Notes under the pieces: generated by a model
What the model was told of the DNA's origin: nothing
The model's database searches: none
What the model saw: only the letters and a program-made list of their open reading frames with translations
DNA from: Octopus sinensis
Lineage: Eukaryota
DNA length: 64,000 bases
Reading direction: 5' to 3'
NCBI RefSeq assembly: GCF_006345805.1
Contig: NC_043004.1
Coordinates: forward strand, 21,142,001 to 21,206,000
Made by a program: the position numbers and the translations under genes
Part shown: in pieces, positions 12,858-24,570 of the stretch
Position numbering within the stretch: position 1 is the first letter of the stretch
How the letters are laid out: the number at the start of each line of letters is the position of its first letter

Positions 12858-13424
12858 TTGTGTTGTCTGGAAAGTTCGTGCCGATTTTTAAAGGAAAGAA
12901 AAAGGTCAATGAATACTTGCCATTACATTTTTAGTCAACCAAATATGAACCATTTTGTTGCACAATGCATCTCCATCTTTCCTTTAACTTGAAAATACCC
13001 TCTTCTCAGAATTGAGGTGGTTTCATGGCAAAGAATTCATCAAGGTATCTTTTTACGTCGTCCAAGGAATTGAAATTTTTACCATTAAGACTATTCTGCA
13101 GAGACCCAAATAAGTGGAAATCCAAAGGAACAATATCTAGTGAATATGGAGGGTGGGGTAACACATCCCAGCCGAGCTGCAGCAATTTTTGGTCTGGTTC
13201 CCAAAGCATCAAATGCCGAAAATGAACTTTCTTATCTTCCATTTTAAAGAGTTACAGAATTAACACAGGTTATAGGAACATAAACTTTCTTCCACGAAAA
13301 GATAGCCTAAACTGTCCTCTAAATGGAGGTGTAGTCAAATCCTTTTTTATGAACTCAACCATGTTCTAAAATAAGTTGAAATGTAAGCTACTATAAATCG
13401 GCACAAACTTTCCGGACAACCAAA
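12858..13424 (-). mobile_element. Internally deleted mariner element with TIRs and TA target duplication
   Basis: 30-bp TIRs (26/30 match) at 12858-12887 and 13395-13424, each flanked by TA. ORF 13006-13242 reads MEDKKVHFRHLMLWE joined to QKLLQLGWDVLPHPPYSLDIVPLDFHLF...; the C-terminus continues past a stop to 12931. Confidence 0.9.
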
Positions 13425-13440
13425 TAGTAATAAACTTTTC

Positions 13441-13847
13441 TACAGTAGGCACACATTGATCCCAGTGCTTCAATGGTTCTCAAATCATAAACCTCAAAAG
13501 GAAGGAAGGCAAAGTTGAGCTCAGTGGCATTTGAACTCAGAATATGAAGCTGAAAGAAATGCTGCTAAGCATTTTGCTTGATGTGCTAACAATTCTGCCA
13601 GCTTACCACCTAATAACAATAGTAATAATAATGGTTTCAAGTTTTGCTACAAGGGCAGCAATTTTGGGGGAGGGGATGAGTCAATTACATCGACTCCAGG
13701 GTTCAACTGGTACATATTTTATCGACCCCAGAAGGATGAAAGGTAAAGTTGATTCCAGCAGAATTTGAACTCAGAATGTAGCAAGGGTGAAATATCGCTA
13801 AGCATTTCATCCAGCATGCTAACAATACTGCCAGCTCACACCTTAGC

Positions 13848-13880
<33 letters not shown>

Positions 13881-14085
13881 TTTGGTACAAGGCCAGCAAT
13901 TTTGTGGGAGTGGGTAAGTCAATTGTATTGACTTCAGTGCTCAACCGGTACTTAATTTATGAACTCTGAAAGAACGAAAGGCAAAGTCGACTTTGACAGA
14001 ATTTGAACTCAGAATGTGAAGACAGATGAAAGGCTACTAAGCATTGCACCCGGCATTCTTACAATTCTGTCAGCTTGCTGCCTTA
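13441..14085 (-). mobile_element. Head-to-tail trimer of tRNA-derived SINEs separated by (AAT)n
   Basis: Units at about 13441-13612, 13632-13845 and 13879-14085 each contain ATTTGAACTCAGAA (reverse B box) and CTGCCAGCT..CCTTA. Confidence 0.8.
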
Positions 14086-14094
14086 ATAATAATG

Positions 14095-14128
<34 letters not shown>

Positions 14129-14203
14129 TAATAATAATAATAATAATAATGACGATGACGATGATCTATGAAGATTGATGTAACTTTTTACAAATTTAAA
14201 CGC

Positions 14204-14732
14204 ACAATAAGAACAGTGTGATACAATATGTAATAAATACAGACTGACAGTTTATTGAATTGAACAATATTTTGATGGTATGCCTGTCTTCCTTGGATTT
14301 CATATGAAAAATAAAAATCTACACAGAAATATAAGAACTCAAATTTGAACAGGATTCTCAAAATAACATCATTAAGTTTTGCTTGTAACTGGTGACAAGG
14401 AAAAAGAAAGACTGAAGATGACAAAAAGAAAGGAGAACAGAAACTACTTTGTTAAATAGTTTTGTATAAATATAATGGAATTCTCTTATCATTTCATTCA
14501 TTCCTCCAGGGCATGATGCTAGTAACTCACAAATCTATTTATCCATATATATTGTGAGGACTGAATTTGCATAGGAGTTAGAATATTTTCTGAGAATGTA
14601 CTTTCAGGTATTCTTCAAATTTTCAGCTGTTTGATGTAAAGTGTTCTGTAAGTTCTGCTGAAGTACTATTATTATGTCTGGTGTCATACTTATGTCTGTT
14701 GAATCTTTAGTTTAATTTACCTGTTATGCAAC
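14204..14732 (-). mobile_element. Penelope-like element 3' end (GIY-YIG C-terminus plus pseudo-LTR), degraded; left arm
   Basis: Minus strand reads RFNRHKYDTRHNNSTSAELTEHF..KFEEYLKV; aligns in inverted orientation with 15761-16322 at roughly 70-80% by eye. Confidence 0.7.
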
Positions 14733-14952
14733 TGTTTAAGGGCACAGCATTAATAAATACTCCAATAAAACGTCAATGAAGTTTTTATTACAATTAGAGG
14801 TACAATGTTTAAAGATTACAATAAGTAGATGAGTAGATATTTGCTTGAAATGAGGATATTTTTCTGAAATATGTCGGTAACTTTCAATCAACGTTTTTGA
14901 AATGCGATGGAATTTCATTTCCAGCTAAACACTAAAGAAATTCAATCATTAA

Positions 14953-15178
14953 GGGGGGGAGGGTGCTAAAAAGTTTCTGGCATTGGGTAAAAGAAAACAG
15001 GGGGATCAGTTAATTGTAATTTTACTTAACATATTCCCCTCTTCAGATTCACACACTTATTGCCATGGTCCTTCAGTTTTTCTAAGCTCTATAAAAGAAC
15101 TCACAAAGGTTGGACCTCCAGCCAAGCCTTTCTTGATATACTCAAACAAAGTCTGGAACTTTTTAGCACCCCCTCATA
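14953..15178. mobile_element. Mariner-type MITE
   Basis: Inverted termini GAGGGTGCTAAAAAGTTTCTGG / CTGGAACTTTTTAGCACCCCCTCATA. Confidence 0.7.
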
Positions 15179-15279
15179 TATTTACTTTGACTGCTATAAA
15201 CAGCACAAGAGGCAAATCCTTTCATTGTGTACCACTATGAGTCAGATCAACTCCATCACAAATTAAGACAGAAATGTTA

Positions 15280-15675
15280 TCTTTATATATAAAAGTGAGG
15301 TTGTGTGCTGTCTGTCTCCTACGATTTAGATTCCTAACTACTCCCACATTTTGCGGTGCAGTTTAACCAAAACCGGGTATCTTATAGTCGGGATTCATAT
15401 CGAGCCCTTCTGGGTATTAGCGCGCGTCTACGATGAGTCTACGATTTAAAAAAAAATTTACCATCAATTTTTCCCATTTTTAATGCATTTTTGGCATATA
15501 TAAGGGAAGTAACTCTCTAAAAATTTATTATTAAATCTCAGAACGTAAAAAGCTACAGTAACACCCCCCCTTTGTGGTTAGCCATATTGAGATGGCTATT
15601 ATATTTTACATCTCTAAAAATGCTTATATAGTTATTTCCCTTACAAACCCGAGCAACGCCGGGCATTACTGCTAG
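15280..15675 (+). mobile_element. Non-autonomous Helitron
   Basis: Starts TC after an A and ends CTAG before a T; subterminal hairpin CCCG-AGCAACGC-CGGG at 15648-15663; a second copy lies at 58121-58417. Confidence 0.85.
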
Positions 15676-15689
15676 TAACTTATACAGGA

Positions 15690-16322
15690 AATATGACCCA
15701 TAATGTTTTCCATTTGGTTGTATGCAACTTAATACACTGAACACACCTTGATGTATGTTGGTTGCACAATATAAAAAAATTAAATCAAAGATTCAGTGGA
15801 TAAAGGTATGCACCAGGCATAACAAGAGTAATTCATGGAACTTTCTGAACATTTTCATCAAACAGCGTAAAGTTGAGGAACATCTGAAAGTACAAGTTTT
15901 CAGAAAATATTCCAACTTCTATGCACTTTCAGTCCCCAAAACACAGGAGGATAAATATATTTGTGAGTTACTAGCATCATGCCCTGAAGGAATGAACAAA
16001 ATGGCAAGAGAATTCCAATGCATTTACACAAAACTTTTTGACAAAGTATTTTCTTTCCTGCTTTCTTCCTTTTTTCTTCTTCATATTTTTCCTTTTCCCT
16101 TGTTACCTGTTATGAACAAGTGGAGTTTGATGACGTCTTTTTTGTCTTGAAACGAAAATAGGATATTCTTGTTCAAATTTTGAATTTCTGTCTATATTTG
16201 TGTGGTTTTCATTTCTCATTTTAAACCTGAGGAAGACAGACATATTGTTAAAAATATTGCTCACTTTAATAAACAGACTCAATCTCTATTTACCACACAT
16301 CATATTGAACTCTTCTTATTGT
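15690..16322 (+). mobile_element. Penelope-like element 3' end (GIY-YIG plus pseudo-LTR), degraded; right arm
   Basis: Peptides MYVGCT, RFSG*RY, MELSEHFHQ, KVEEHLKVQV..QEDKYICELLASCPEGMNKMAREF (ORF 15755-16150); decayed CTGAGGAAGAC..GTT-AAAA-TATT hammerhead-like motif at 16227-16258, followed by AATAAA. Confidence 0.7.
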
Positions 16323-16343
16323 AAAACAACAACAATAATAATA

Positions 16344-16560
16344 ATGGTTTCAAATTTTGGTTCAAGGACACCAATTTCTGAAGAGGGATAATTCAATTAC
16401 ATCAACTCCAGTGTTCAACTGGTACTTATCTTATTGGTCCCAAAAAGGATGAAAGGCAAAGTCAACCATAGTGGAATTTGAAGTTAGAACATAAAAATGG
16501 ATGAAATGCTGCTAAGCATTTTGACCGACATGTTAATGATTCTGCCAGTTCAACACCTTA
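16344..16560 (-). mobile_element. tRNA-derived SINE
   Basis: Same family as the 13441-14085 units. Confidence 0.75.
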
Positions 16561-16571
16561 ATAATAAAATG

Positions 16572-16653
<82 letters not shown>

Positions 16654-16654
<1 letters not shown>

Positions 16655-17210
16655 TGCCCTGATGCAGTACCAGGCAGTGGCTCTCATGGCTTCTGATCTT
16701 AACTGATTGGAAGTGTTATCATGTACATTGTTTTGTCTTGGTATAAAAGATGGGCTAGAGCAAATATTCTGCTCAATACCACAGATTTGCTTGTCAGTTG
16801 TTTGACCTTAACCAGTTGAGCATGTCCCTTAGTGGCTGACGATATGTGCATCTCTGATCAGGAGCAGAAGTAGTGGGGGAGCATCATAGCCATGTGTTGA
16901 GAAGGATTCTTTGGGGTTTGAATAATTCACCTCTGGAAACATGGGTGTTTCGTTCAACATCCTTAAACAACCCTTATTCAGGGACCTTTTGAGCGGGATG
17001 GGCTACTCAACTTGAAGAAAATTCTAACTGGGCCCCCACCTGCAAGGTCATGTGCTGTTTATCTTGATATGAGATCACCATGTCGCGCACATATGGTTGT
17101 GATGCATGTGCCTGGTGTACCCTTATCAGACGGGTAGTCATGATGGGTATACTGGGCTTCGTATATTTTACCCCAGTGTCACTTTGATGGCATGCTCTGC
17201 TCGCTCACTC
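16654..17210. repeat. About 560-bp interspersed repeat, copy 1, flanked by (AAT)n
   Basis: Direct, slightly diverged copy at 17575-18164 (TGCCCTGATGCAGTA...CTCACTC-AATAAT). Confidence 0.85.
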
Positions 17211-17223
17211 AATAATAATAATA

Positions 17224-17254
<31 letters not shown>

Positions 17255-17289
17255 TAGTAATAATAATAATAATAATAGTAATAATAATA

Positions 17290-17341
<52 letters not shown>

Positions 17342-17574
17342 TAATAGTTAACTGGAACGATACATGTACTGAGAAGAGCATTATCGCTGTGAAAACAACA
17401 TCCATTTATGAAATTGTTTATCTATTAATTTTTTAATATACATATTTTATCTGTGAAGTTGCATGTGTAATCTGGGAATGCATACAATGAGCTTCTCTGC
17501 TCTAGGTGTACGGAAAACACCCAGCGAGAAATAGGAGAAAATTTGAGGAAAGAAGGAAGAAAAAATAACAGTAC

Positions 17575-18164
17575 TGCCCTGATGCAGTAATTTTTTCCCT
17601 GATGCAGTATCTTTTCCACGATTCAGGACCAAGACAGTGGCTCTCATGGCTTTTGACCTTAAATGATTTAAAGTGTTATGATGTACATGTTTTGTCTTAC
17701 TATAAAGATGGGCTACAGCAAATATTCTGCTCAATACCACAGATTTGCTTGTCAGTTGTTTGACTTTAACCAGTTGAGCATGTCTCTTAGTGGCTGACAA
17801 TATGTGCATCTCTGGTCATGAACAGAAGTAGTGGGGGAGCATCATAGCCATGTGTTGAGAGGGATTCTTTGAGGTTTGAATAATTCACCTCTGCAAACAT
17901 GGGTGTTTTGTTCAACATCCTTAAACATCCCTTATTCAGGGACCTTTTGAGCGGGATGGGTTACTGGACCTGAAGAAAATTCTAACTGGGCCCCACCTGC
18001 AAGGTTATGTGCTGTTTATCTTGATATGAGATCACCATGTTGCACACATATGGTTGTGATGCATGTGCCCAGTGTACCCTTATCAGATGGGTAGTCATGA
18101 TGGGTATACTGGACTTCGTATATTTTACCGTGTCACTTAGATGGCATGCACTTCTCTCTCACTC
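17575..18164. repeat. About 560-bp interspersed repeat, copy 2
   Basis: Matches 16654-17210 over its full length, with a small 5' internal duplication of CCCTGATGCAGTA. Confidence 0.85.
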
Positions 18165-18274
18165 AATAATAATAAGAAGAAGAAGGAGAATTTCTTCATT
18201 GTCAGAAGTGCTTATATATGCAATAGAAAATATATCAAAGAAAAGGGATAATAATAAAATGAATGTATATATAG

Positions 18275-18358
<84 letters not shown>

Positions 18359-18376
18359 CTTTTATACTTTTATAAA

Positions 18377-18743
18377 TTTCAATCATTTGACTGCAGCCAA
18401 GTTAGAGCACCATCTTAAAGGATTTTAGTCAAAGAAATTGACTCCAGATTTTATTCTTTGTAAGCCTAGTACTTATTCTATCAATATCTTTTGCCAAACC
18501 ATTAATTTATGGGAGAAATAAACATACCAATATTGGTTGTCAAGCGATAGTGGGAGGACAAACACAAAGACACACACACATAAATACACACACACACATA
18601 CACACACACACATAGTCTTCTTTTAGTTTTCCTCTACCAAATCTACTCACAAGGCTTTGGTTGGCCCAAGGTGTCACACAGTGAGACTGAATCTGGAACC
18701 CTGTGATTAGGAAGCAAGCTTCTTGCCATACAGCCATGCCTGC
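18377..18743 (-). mobile_element. tRNA-derived SINE, near full length with internal (CA)n
   Basis: Tail CATTTGACTGCAGCC..., then microsatellite, then head TTCTTTTAGTTTCCTCTACCAAATC...CAGCCATGCC. Confidence 0.75.
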
Positions 18744-18762
18744 ACATATATATCTATATTAA

Positions 18763-18925
18763 GGAGTGGCTGTGTGTTAAGTAGCTTGCTTACCAACCAC
18801 ATTGTTCCAGGTTCAGTCCCTCTGTGTGAGACCATGGGAAAGTGTCTTCTACTATAACCTCGGGCTGACCAAAGCCTTGTGAGTGGATTTGGTAGACGGA
18901 AACTGAAAGAAGCCCGTCATATATG
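18763..18925 (+). mobile_element. tRNA-derived SINE head
   Basis: GGAGTGGCTGTGTGTTAAG (A-box-like), GGTTCAGTCCC (B-box-like), ...GGAAACTGAAAGAAGCCCGTC. Confidence 0.75.
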
Positions 18926-18938
18926 TACCTTCCTTCTT

Positions 18939-19486
18939 GTGACACTTGTGAAGACCTGTTGAGGCAAGTGAAAATCAATCAAAACAAATCAAAATAGATG
19001 AACATCAATGGAATTTGTATCTTTGTGATACCAGTGCCGGTGGCACACAAGAAAACCATCTGAACGTGGCCGTAGCCAGTACCGCATCGACTGGCCTCTG
19101 TGCTGCGGGCACGTAACAAACACCATCCGATCGTGGCCGTTCGCCAGCCTCATCTGGCACCTGTGTCGGTGGCACATAAAAACACCATCCGAGCGTGGCC
19201 GTCTGCCAGCCTCGTCTGGCACCTGTGTCGGTGGCACATAAAAAACACCATCCGAGCATGGCCGTTCGCCAGCCTCGTCTGGCACCTGTGTCGGTGGCAC
19301 ATAAAATCACCCACTACACTCTCGGAGTGGTTGGCGTTAGGAAGGGCATCCAGCTGTAGAAACACTGCCAGATCTGACTGGCCTGGTGCAGCCTTCGGGC
19401 TCCCCAGACCCCAGTTGAACCGTCCAACCCATGCTAGCATGGAAAACGGATGCTAAATGAATGATGATGATGATGATGATGATGAT
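18939..19486 (+). mobile_element. RTE-type 3' end with internal 62-63-bp minisatellite and (GAT)n tail
   Basis: Units start at about 19109, 19171, 19233 and 19296; the tail GAAGGGCATCCAGCTGTAGAAAC...CCATGCTAGCATGGAAAACGG is nearly identical to 43285-43556. Confidence 0.8.
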
Positions 19487-19611
19487 ATATATCGTTATAT
19501 TTCAGAATGGTCATATTGCCAGTTTAGCCAATAAAAACACACGCACTATATATTTGGTGTTATTTTGCTTCAGTGATATTTATTTTTTACATTAATCTTA
19601 ATCTTATTTCG

Positions 19612-19655
19612 CCCAAAGTTCTTTCGTCACACTCCTGTGACCGCATCAGTGGTCC
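19612..19655 (-). ncRNA. Hammerhead-like motif (variant core), left-arm copy
   Basis: Reverse complement of 20734-20778 with one change. Confidence 0.4.
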
Positions 19656-20314
19656 TTTGTTTTCTTCTCATTTATTTGTGTCTCTCCTTACTAACCGTCA
19701 GCCAATTTGTATTTCTATTGTATGTCCTCATTTGCGCATGCTTATATCTCTATGTGCGTCTATGTTTATTTAGTGTGTGTGTGGGGGGGATGCCTGTAAT
19801 ATTTGTATCTTCTGTTTATATACATTCTTGTAATTTGTATTTTGTTTTTGTTGTTGTTGCTTTTGTTCTAATTTTGTTCATGTGTTTACATCCACCCATT
19901 ATTATCATTACATATGCTTGTATGTATGTATAACAACAATATTAGTAATAATAATAATAAATCTAATCGAAAAAAAAAATATATATATATATTTATATAT
20001 ATATATATACACACATATATACACATATACATATATATATATATACACATATACATACATAGATATATATACATATATATAGTTATTCATTTCTATTTCT
20101 TTAATTATCTGTGTATTTATTATGTTTGCAGGATCCACTATTACAGAAGCTACACATATAATAGAAAATAAACCTAGCCTGAATAGAAAACTAGAATGGA
20201 GCAATAGCACACACCACAACATATGACGATAGTGGATCCTGCAAACATAATACATACACAGATAATTAAAGAAATAGAAATGAATAACTATATATATGTA
20301 TATATATCTATGTA

Positions 20315-20345
<31 letters not shown>

Positions 20346-20356
20346 GTATATGTGTA

Positions 20357-20413
<57 letters not shown>

Positions 20414-20733
20414 TTTTTTTCGATTAGATTTATTATTATTATTACTAATATTGTTGATATACATACATACAAGCATATGTAATGATAATAATGGGCGGAT
20501 GTAAACACATGAACAAAATTAGAACAAAAGCAACAACAACAAAATCAAAATACAAATTACAAGAATGTATATAAACAGAGGATACAAATATTACAGGCAT
20601 CCCCCCCACACACACTAAATAAACATAGACGCACATAGAGATATAAGCATGCGCAAATGAGGACATACAATAGAAATACAAAATGGCTGACGGTTAGTAA
20701 GGAGAGACACAAATAAGTGAGAAGAAAAAAAAA

Positions 20734-20778
20734 GGACCACTGATGCGGTCACAGGAGTGTGACGAAAGAACTTTGGCC
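20734..20778 (+). ncRNA. Hammerhead-like motif (variant core), right-arm copy
   Basis: GGACCA-CTGATGC-G-GTCACA-GGAG-TGTGAC-GAAA-G-AA-CT-T-TGGCC: 6-bp stem II, CCA/TGG stem I, very short stem III; CUGAUGC replaces the canonical CUGAUGA. Confidence 0.45.
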
Positions 20779-20953
20779 GAAATAAGATTAAGATTAATGT
20801 AAAAAATAAATATCACTGAAGCAAAATAACACCAAATATATAGTGCGTGTGTTTTAATTGGCTAAACTGGCAATATGACCATTCTGAAATATAACGATAT
20901 CTGTTTCAACACACTACTTCACATAAAAAATCTTGCACAACAAATATTTAAAC

Positions 20954-21018
<65 letters not shown>

Positions 21019-21023
21019 ATATG

Positions 21024-21230
21024 TTTGTGTGTCTATTTGTCCCCCCAAATCACCTGACAACCGATGCTGTTGTGTTTACATCCCCATAACTTAGTGGTTC
21101 GGCAAAAGAGACCAATAGAATGAGTACTAGGCTTACAAAGAATAAATCCTGGGGTCGATTAGCGCGAATAAAGGCGGTACTCCAGCATGGCCACAGTCAA
21201 ATGACTGAAACAAGTAAAAGATTGAAAGAG
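21024..21230 (+). mobile_element. tRNA-derived SINE, tail portion
   Basis: GTGTTTACATCCCCATAACTTAG...CAAATGACTGAAACAAGTAAAAG. Confidence 0.7.
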
Positions 21231-21793
21231 TATCATACTCACACTCAAAGTTTGTCTGTTTTCTTGCTATTTGATTAAGATGATAAAAATTACAAATAAA
21301 ATAATCATTTCCCACTTGAAGACGAAAAAAATAAAGTTGAAAATGTTGACACTTCAAAGAGTCATCTCTGCTACCACTGTCTGTCTTTTTTTCTTACTTT
21401 CTTTTTTTACCCTTAATCATTTATCCAAGTACCATGGACTTGAAAAATAGAAATTCTTCCCATATTTTTATGAGATATTTTTGAATCACAGGTACTTGAT
21501 TTATTTTTTCCTTAGAAGGGAAAATTACTGCTTTATTTAAAATAAGATATTAATCAGAAATATTGAATTTTCAGGTTGCTGGTCCTAGCTGGTGGGGGTG
21601 GTGCTTGCCTCTCCTCTGCAAATATAAAGACACAGGAAATGTGTCAAAGCCGACAGGAAGCGTCGATGCTTCCTAGGGCTATATAGTGGTGGTGTGATTC
21701 CCTTTACGGGACTGTCACATTATGTTGACATTATACAACCACTCAAACTATTAATCTTTATCATCTTAATCAAAAGGTAGAAAAACAGGGAGA

Positions 21794-21950
21794 TTACCTC
21801 TTTATAGATGAAGATCAGTTGCAATGGGAAGAGCTGAAGCTTATAAGATAGGAAAAACAAGCAAGAAATGGATTGTACCTTATAATGAAACTCTTTTAAG
21901 AGCATTCAAATGCCACAGCAGCATTGAAATTGTTTACATCTGCACAGTCT
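21794..21950 (+). mobile_element. Helitron Rep-domain fragment
   Basis: One frame reads LPLYR*RSVAMGRAEAYKIGKTSKKWIVPYNETLLRAFKCHSSIEI, resembling the Helitron YPLYRRR...WIVPYN..L...F..HINVE block. Confidence 0.65.
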
Positions 21951-22099
21951 ATTACTTCTTACTTTCTTTTCCTAGTCTCCTTACTGCTTTCATTGTCCAT
22001 CTCCAGTCACCATCACCTACCCTCTCTGCCAGACGATGGACTGTTACTGTTTCCCATAGCTTCTAGCCAGTACTGGGCGTCTTGTTTTATTGGGGCACA

Positions 22100-23300
22100 G
22101 TATCATCAAAACTATATCACAATGAGGATGAGATGAGAGGATTTGTTTGCTTCCTCTCTGACTATGCTCCAGAAATGCTAGTATCAGTGCCATGGTCTTA
22201 GCCTCTGGTGTCTGCTATTGTTGATGCTGCTGTCTATTGATCTCTTTTCTTTTCTTTCCCTTTCCTTCTTCTTCGGGGGTAAAAAGGCTCTCAAGTGCCT
22301 TTCTATACTGCATATGTAGTAACTGGTTATTCTGCTCTGCCTCTCCAGACTGGGAGATTTCTTCTCTCCTTTATGAATAGAATACAGTTTGTGGACATCA
22401 CTGATTATCAAGACCTACAATTTCTTGCGAACCAAACCTTATCGCATAGGATTGTCAGTCACCTGTGCAGTCTCCAAATGCCCTTACTATAGCAACGTGT
22501 GCAAACAAGAAAAGAAAATAGTTATTCTCAAAAGTGAAGCCCATACTTACTGCTATCACTGTTTCTATTACAGCACTAATCACAGCTTTTAACATAGCCT
22601 GAGTAGAAGAAAATATGGTCTTTTTATTCTCAGTGCCTTCAATACCACCATTTAACAGAACACTAAGCACAGAACTAGCCAGAGATTATGAACTACTATA
22701 CCACTCCGTTGTATTGCAGAGATTAGGAAATTTTGGGACTAGAAAGGAGTAAAGAAATTGTTGGGATACTGCTGAAAATAAAGTGGAGAAAGAAAGGCTG
22801 GGCCCAGCCAATCTTTGGTCATGTTCCTTGTATTCCTGGTACCCACATACTAAGATCTCCATCTGTGGGTAGGTGTGTGGGGCACCAGCTCTATTATTAG
22901 ACATAATTACATGATTATTAGACTTAAATATCAGGCATGGCTCCATACACCTTGCCTCATCATAAACCCACGTCATAATGCACATTGACTAGGGCTTCTT
23001 CCAGCTTCCTTTTCAAGGACATTTGAAATCCTCTTTGTAAAGTAAACTTATGTAGCTTTCCTTGGCTAAATTCAACAGGTAATGAAGTTCTGTCTTTTGT
23101 GACATATCTCAACCTCTCTTTCTCATTTGCCTCAAATTAGCTAAAGATGAATTATTCCGTTTGACCAACAATGTCTGCAGAAGATGGAATGCTATTGTTG
23201 TAATTGTTGTTGAACATTCTTCTTTTTCTATTCAAATTAACGTTTCCAACACTATTCTATTTAGTGTTTTCCATTGTACAATTGAAAATGTTTAACCTTG
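22100..23300 (-). mobile_element. Possible piggyBac-like transposase remnant
   Basis: Only weak motifs: YPNNFFT (cf. YFDNFFT) and YFLFLFAHVAIVRAF (cf. WYFPLF.H..DVAI.NAW). Confidence 0.3.
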
Positions 23301-24570
23301 AAACTCTCTTTGATCATTCCATTGTACGATTTTCTTTTAAATTCTATTTTCTTATTAACTGGAGACGTGTTTAATTACATTATTTAGACTACTGCGGCCA
23401 TCACAGTGGCAGATAACTCTTCCTGCTACCACTGAGATGGCTACCTAACAATCTGTGTAAATATTGCGAATAATGATACACCAAAACTATGTAAATAGTT
23501 AAAAATATCCTAAAGATATACCTTTCTTCTGAATAATGGGGTAGTACCTCAAACAAACCAGAAAAACTTTCCAATAGTAAAAGTGGAATAAAGAAATCTT
23601 TCTTTTCATAATGTGATACAACTACACATTACTCTATTTATGAAGCTTTGACTCAGTCCTCTGTTCCCTTCCCCATACAACAAAAACACCACCACGACCA
23701 CCACCATCACCACCACCACAACCAATATCTACAACAACAACAATAATAATAATAATAATAATGATAATAATTTATTTGCTACATATGCAGCACAAGCATA
23801 GCACATAGAGATACATTTAAGATATATAAAACTAATTAGAATGCAGTAATATGGTATAAAATGCACAATGAATATATGCATATATACATATAACAGAAAC
23901 TCATAAGCACAGACACACACATACACATACACACACACAAACACACAGACACTCATATATGCACACACACACACACACATACATATGCCCATCTCTATAT
24001 GTCTATTTATTTATAACCCGTTGACTCAGCTCCACATTACTTGAAGTTTTGTGAGTGTAGAACACATTCACATCACCGGCCATTCTGAGTCAGAGTTTTT
24101 GAGAAATTTTGAAAAAACTGAAAACGGTTTCTAACTGAGAATATCTAGGCCTCCATCAGTCATTTAAGCTTATGTGGATGTTTTAAATGTCTTGGCAACA
24201 CAAGTTTTTTCACAGTATCTTACATGTGGTGAGGCAGACAGAATGTTGGTCTCACTTGTTATTCAGTAGGATGGGACATTTCATGGAAAAGTAATTGGTT
24301 TGATGGCATCAGGGTACATATGAGTTTACAAGATATGCATAGTTGCCAGATGATAGCAGGCTGTAATTTTTCTGCAGGCAACAGGGATTATGCAACCTGC
24401 TATAGTGCATGAGATAACTTGGTCTAACATGTTATTTCTAGGTTGTCAGTAGCTTGTAGCTTGAATTCATCAACAAAGTGTATCTCAAGTGACAACAATA
24501 GGATATATAAGTTTTTTTCTGTTAATTGAAAGATACTACAGGCTGCTGTAATATATACATTCTCACATAA

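Larger units (their letters stand above)
19489..20900 (+). mobile_element. 5'-truncated Penelope-like element with inverted pseudo-LTR (1.4-kb hairpin)
   Basis: Arms 19489-20141 and 20229-20900 (about 10 substitutions by eye outside microsatellites). The 87-bp loop reads [28 protein letters not shown] (20140-20226), like a GIY-YIG C-terminus (EA.HI...PSLN). Confidence 0.8.

Noticed and set aside
15755-16150. 131-aa host exon, or duplicated 59-nt exon with GTGAGT donor
   Set aside because: Better explained as a PLE GIY-YIG C-terminus with an inverted paralog at 14204-14732.
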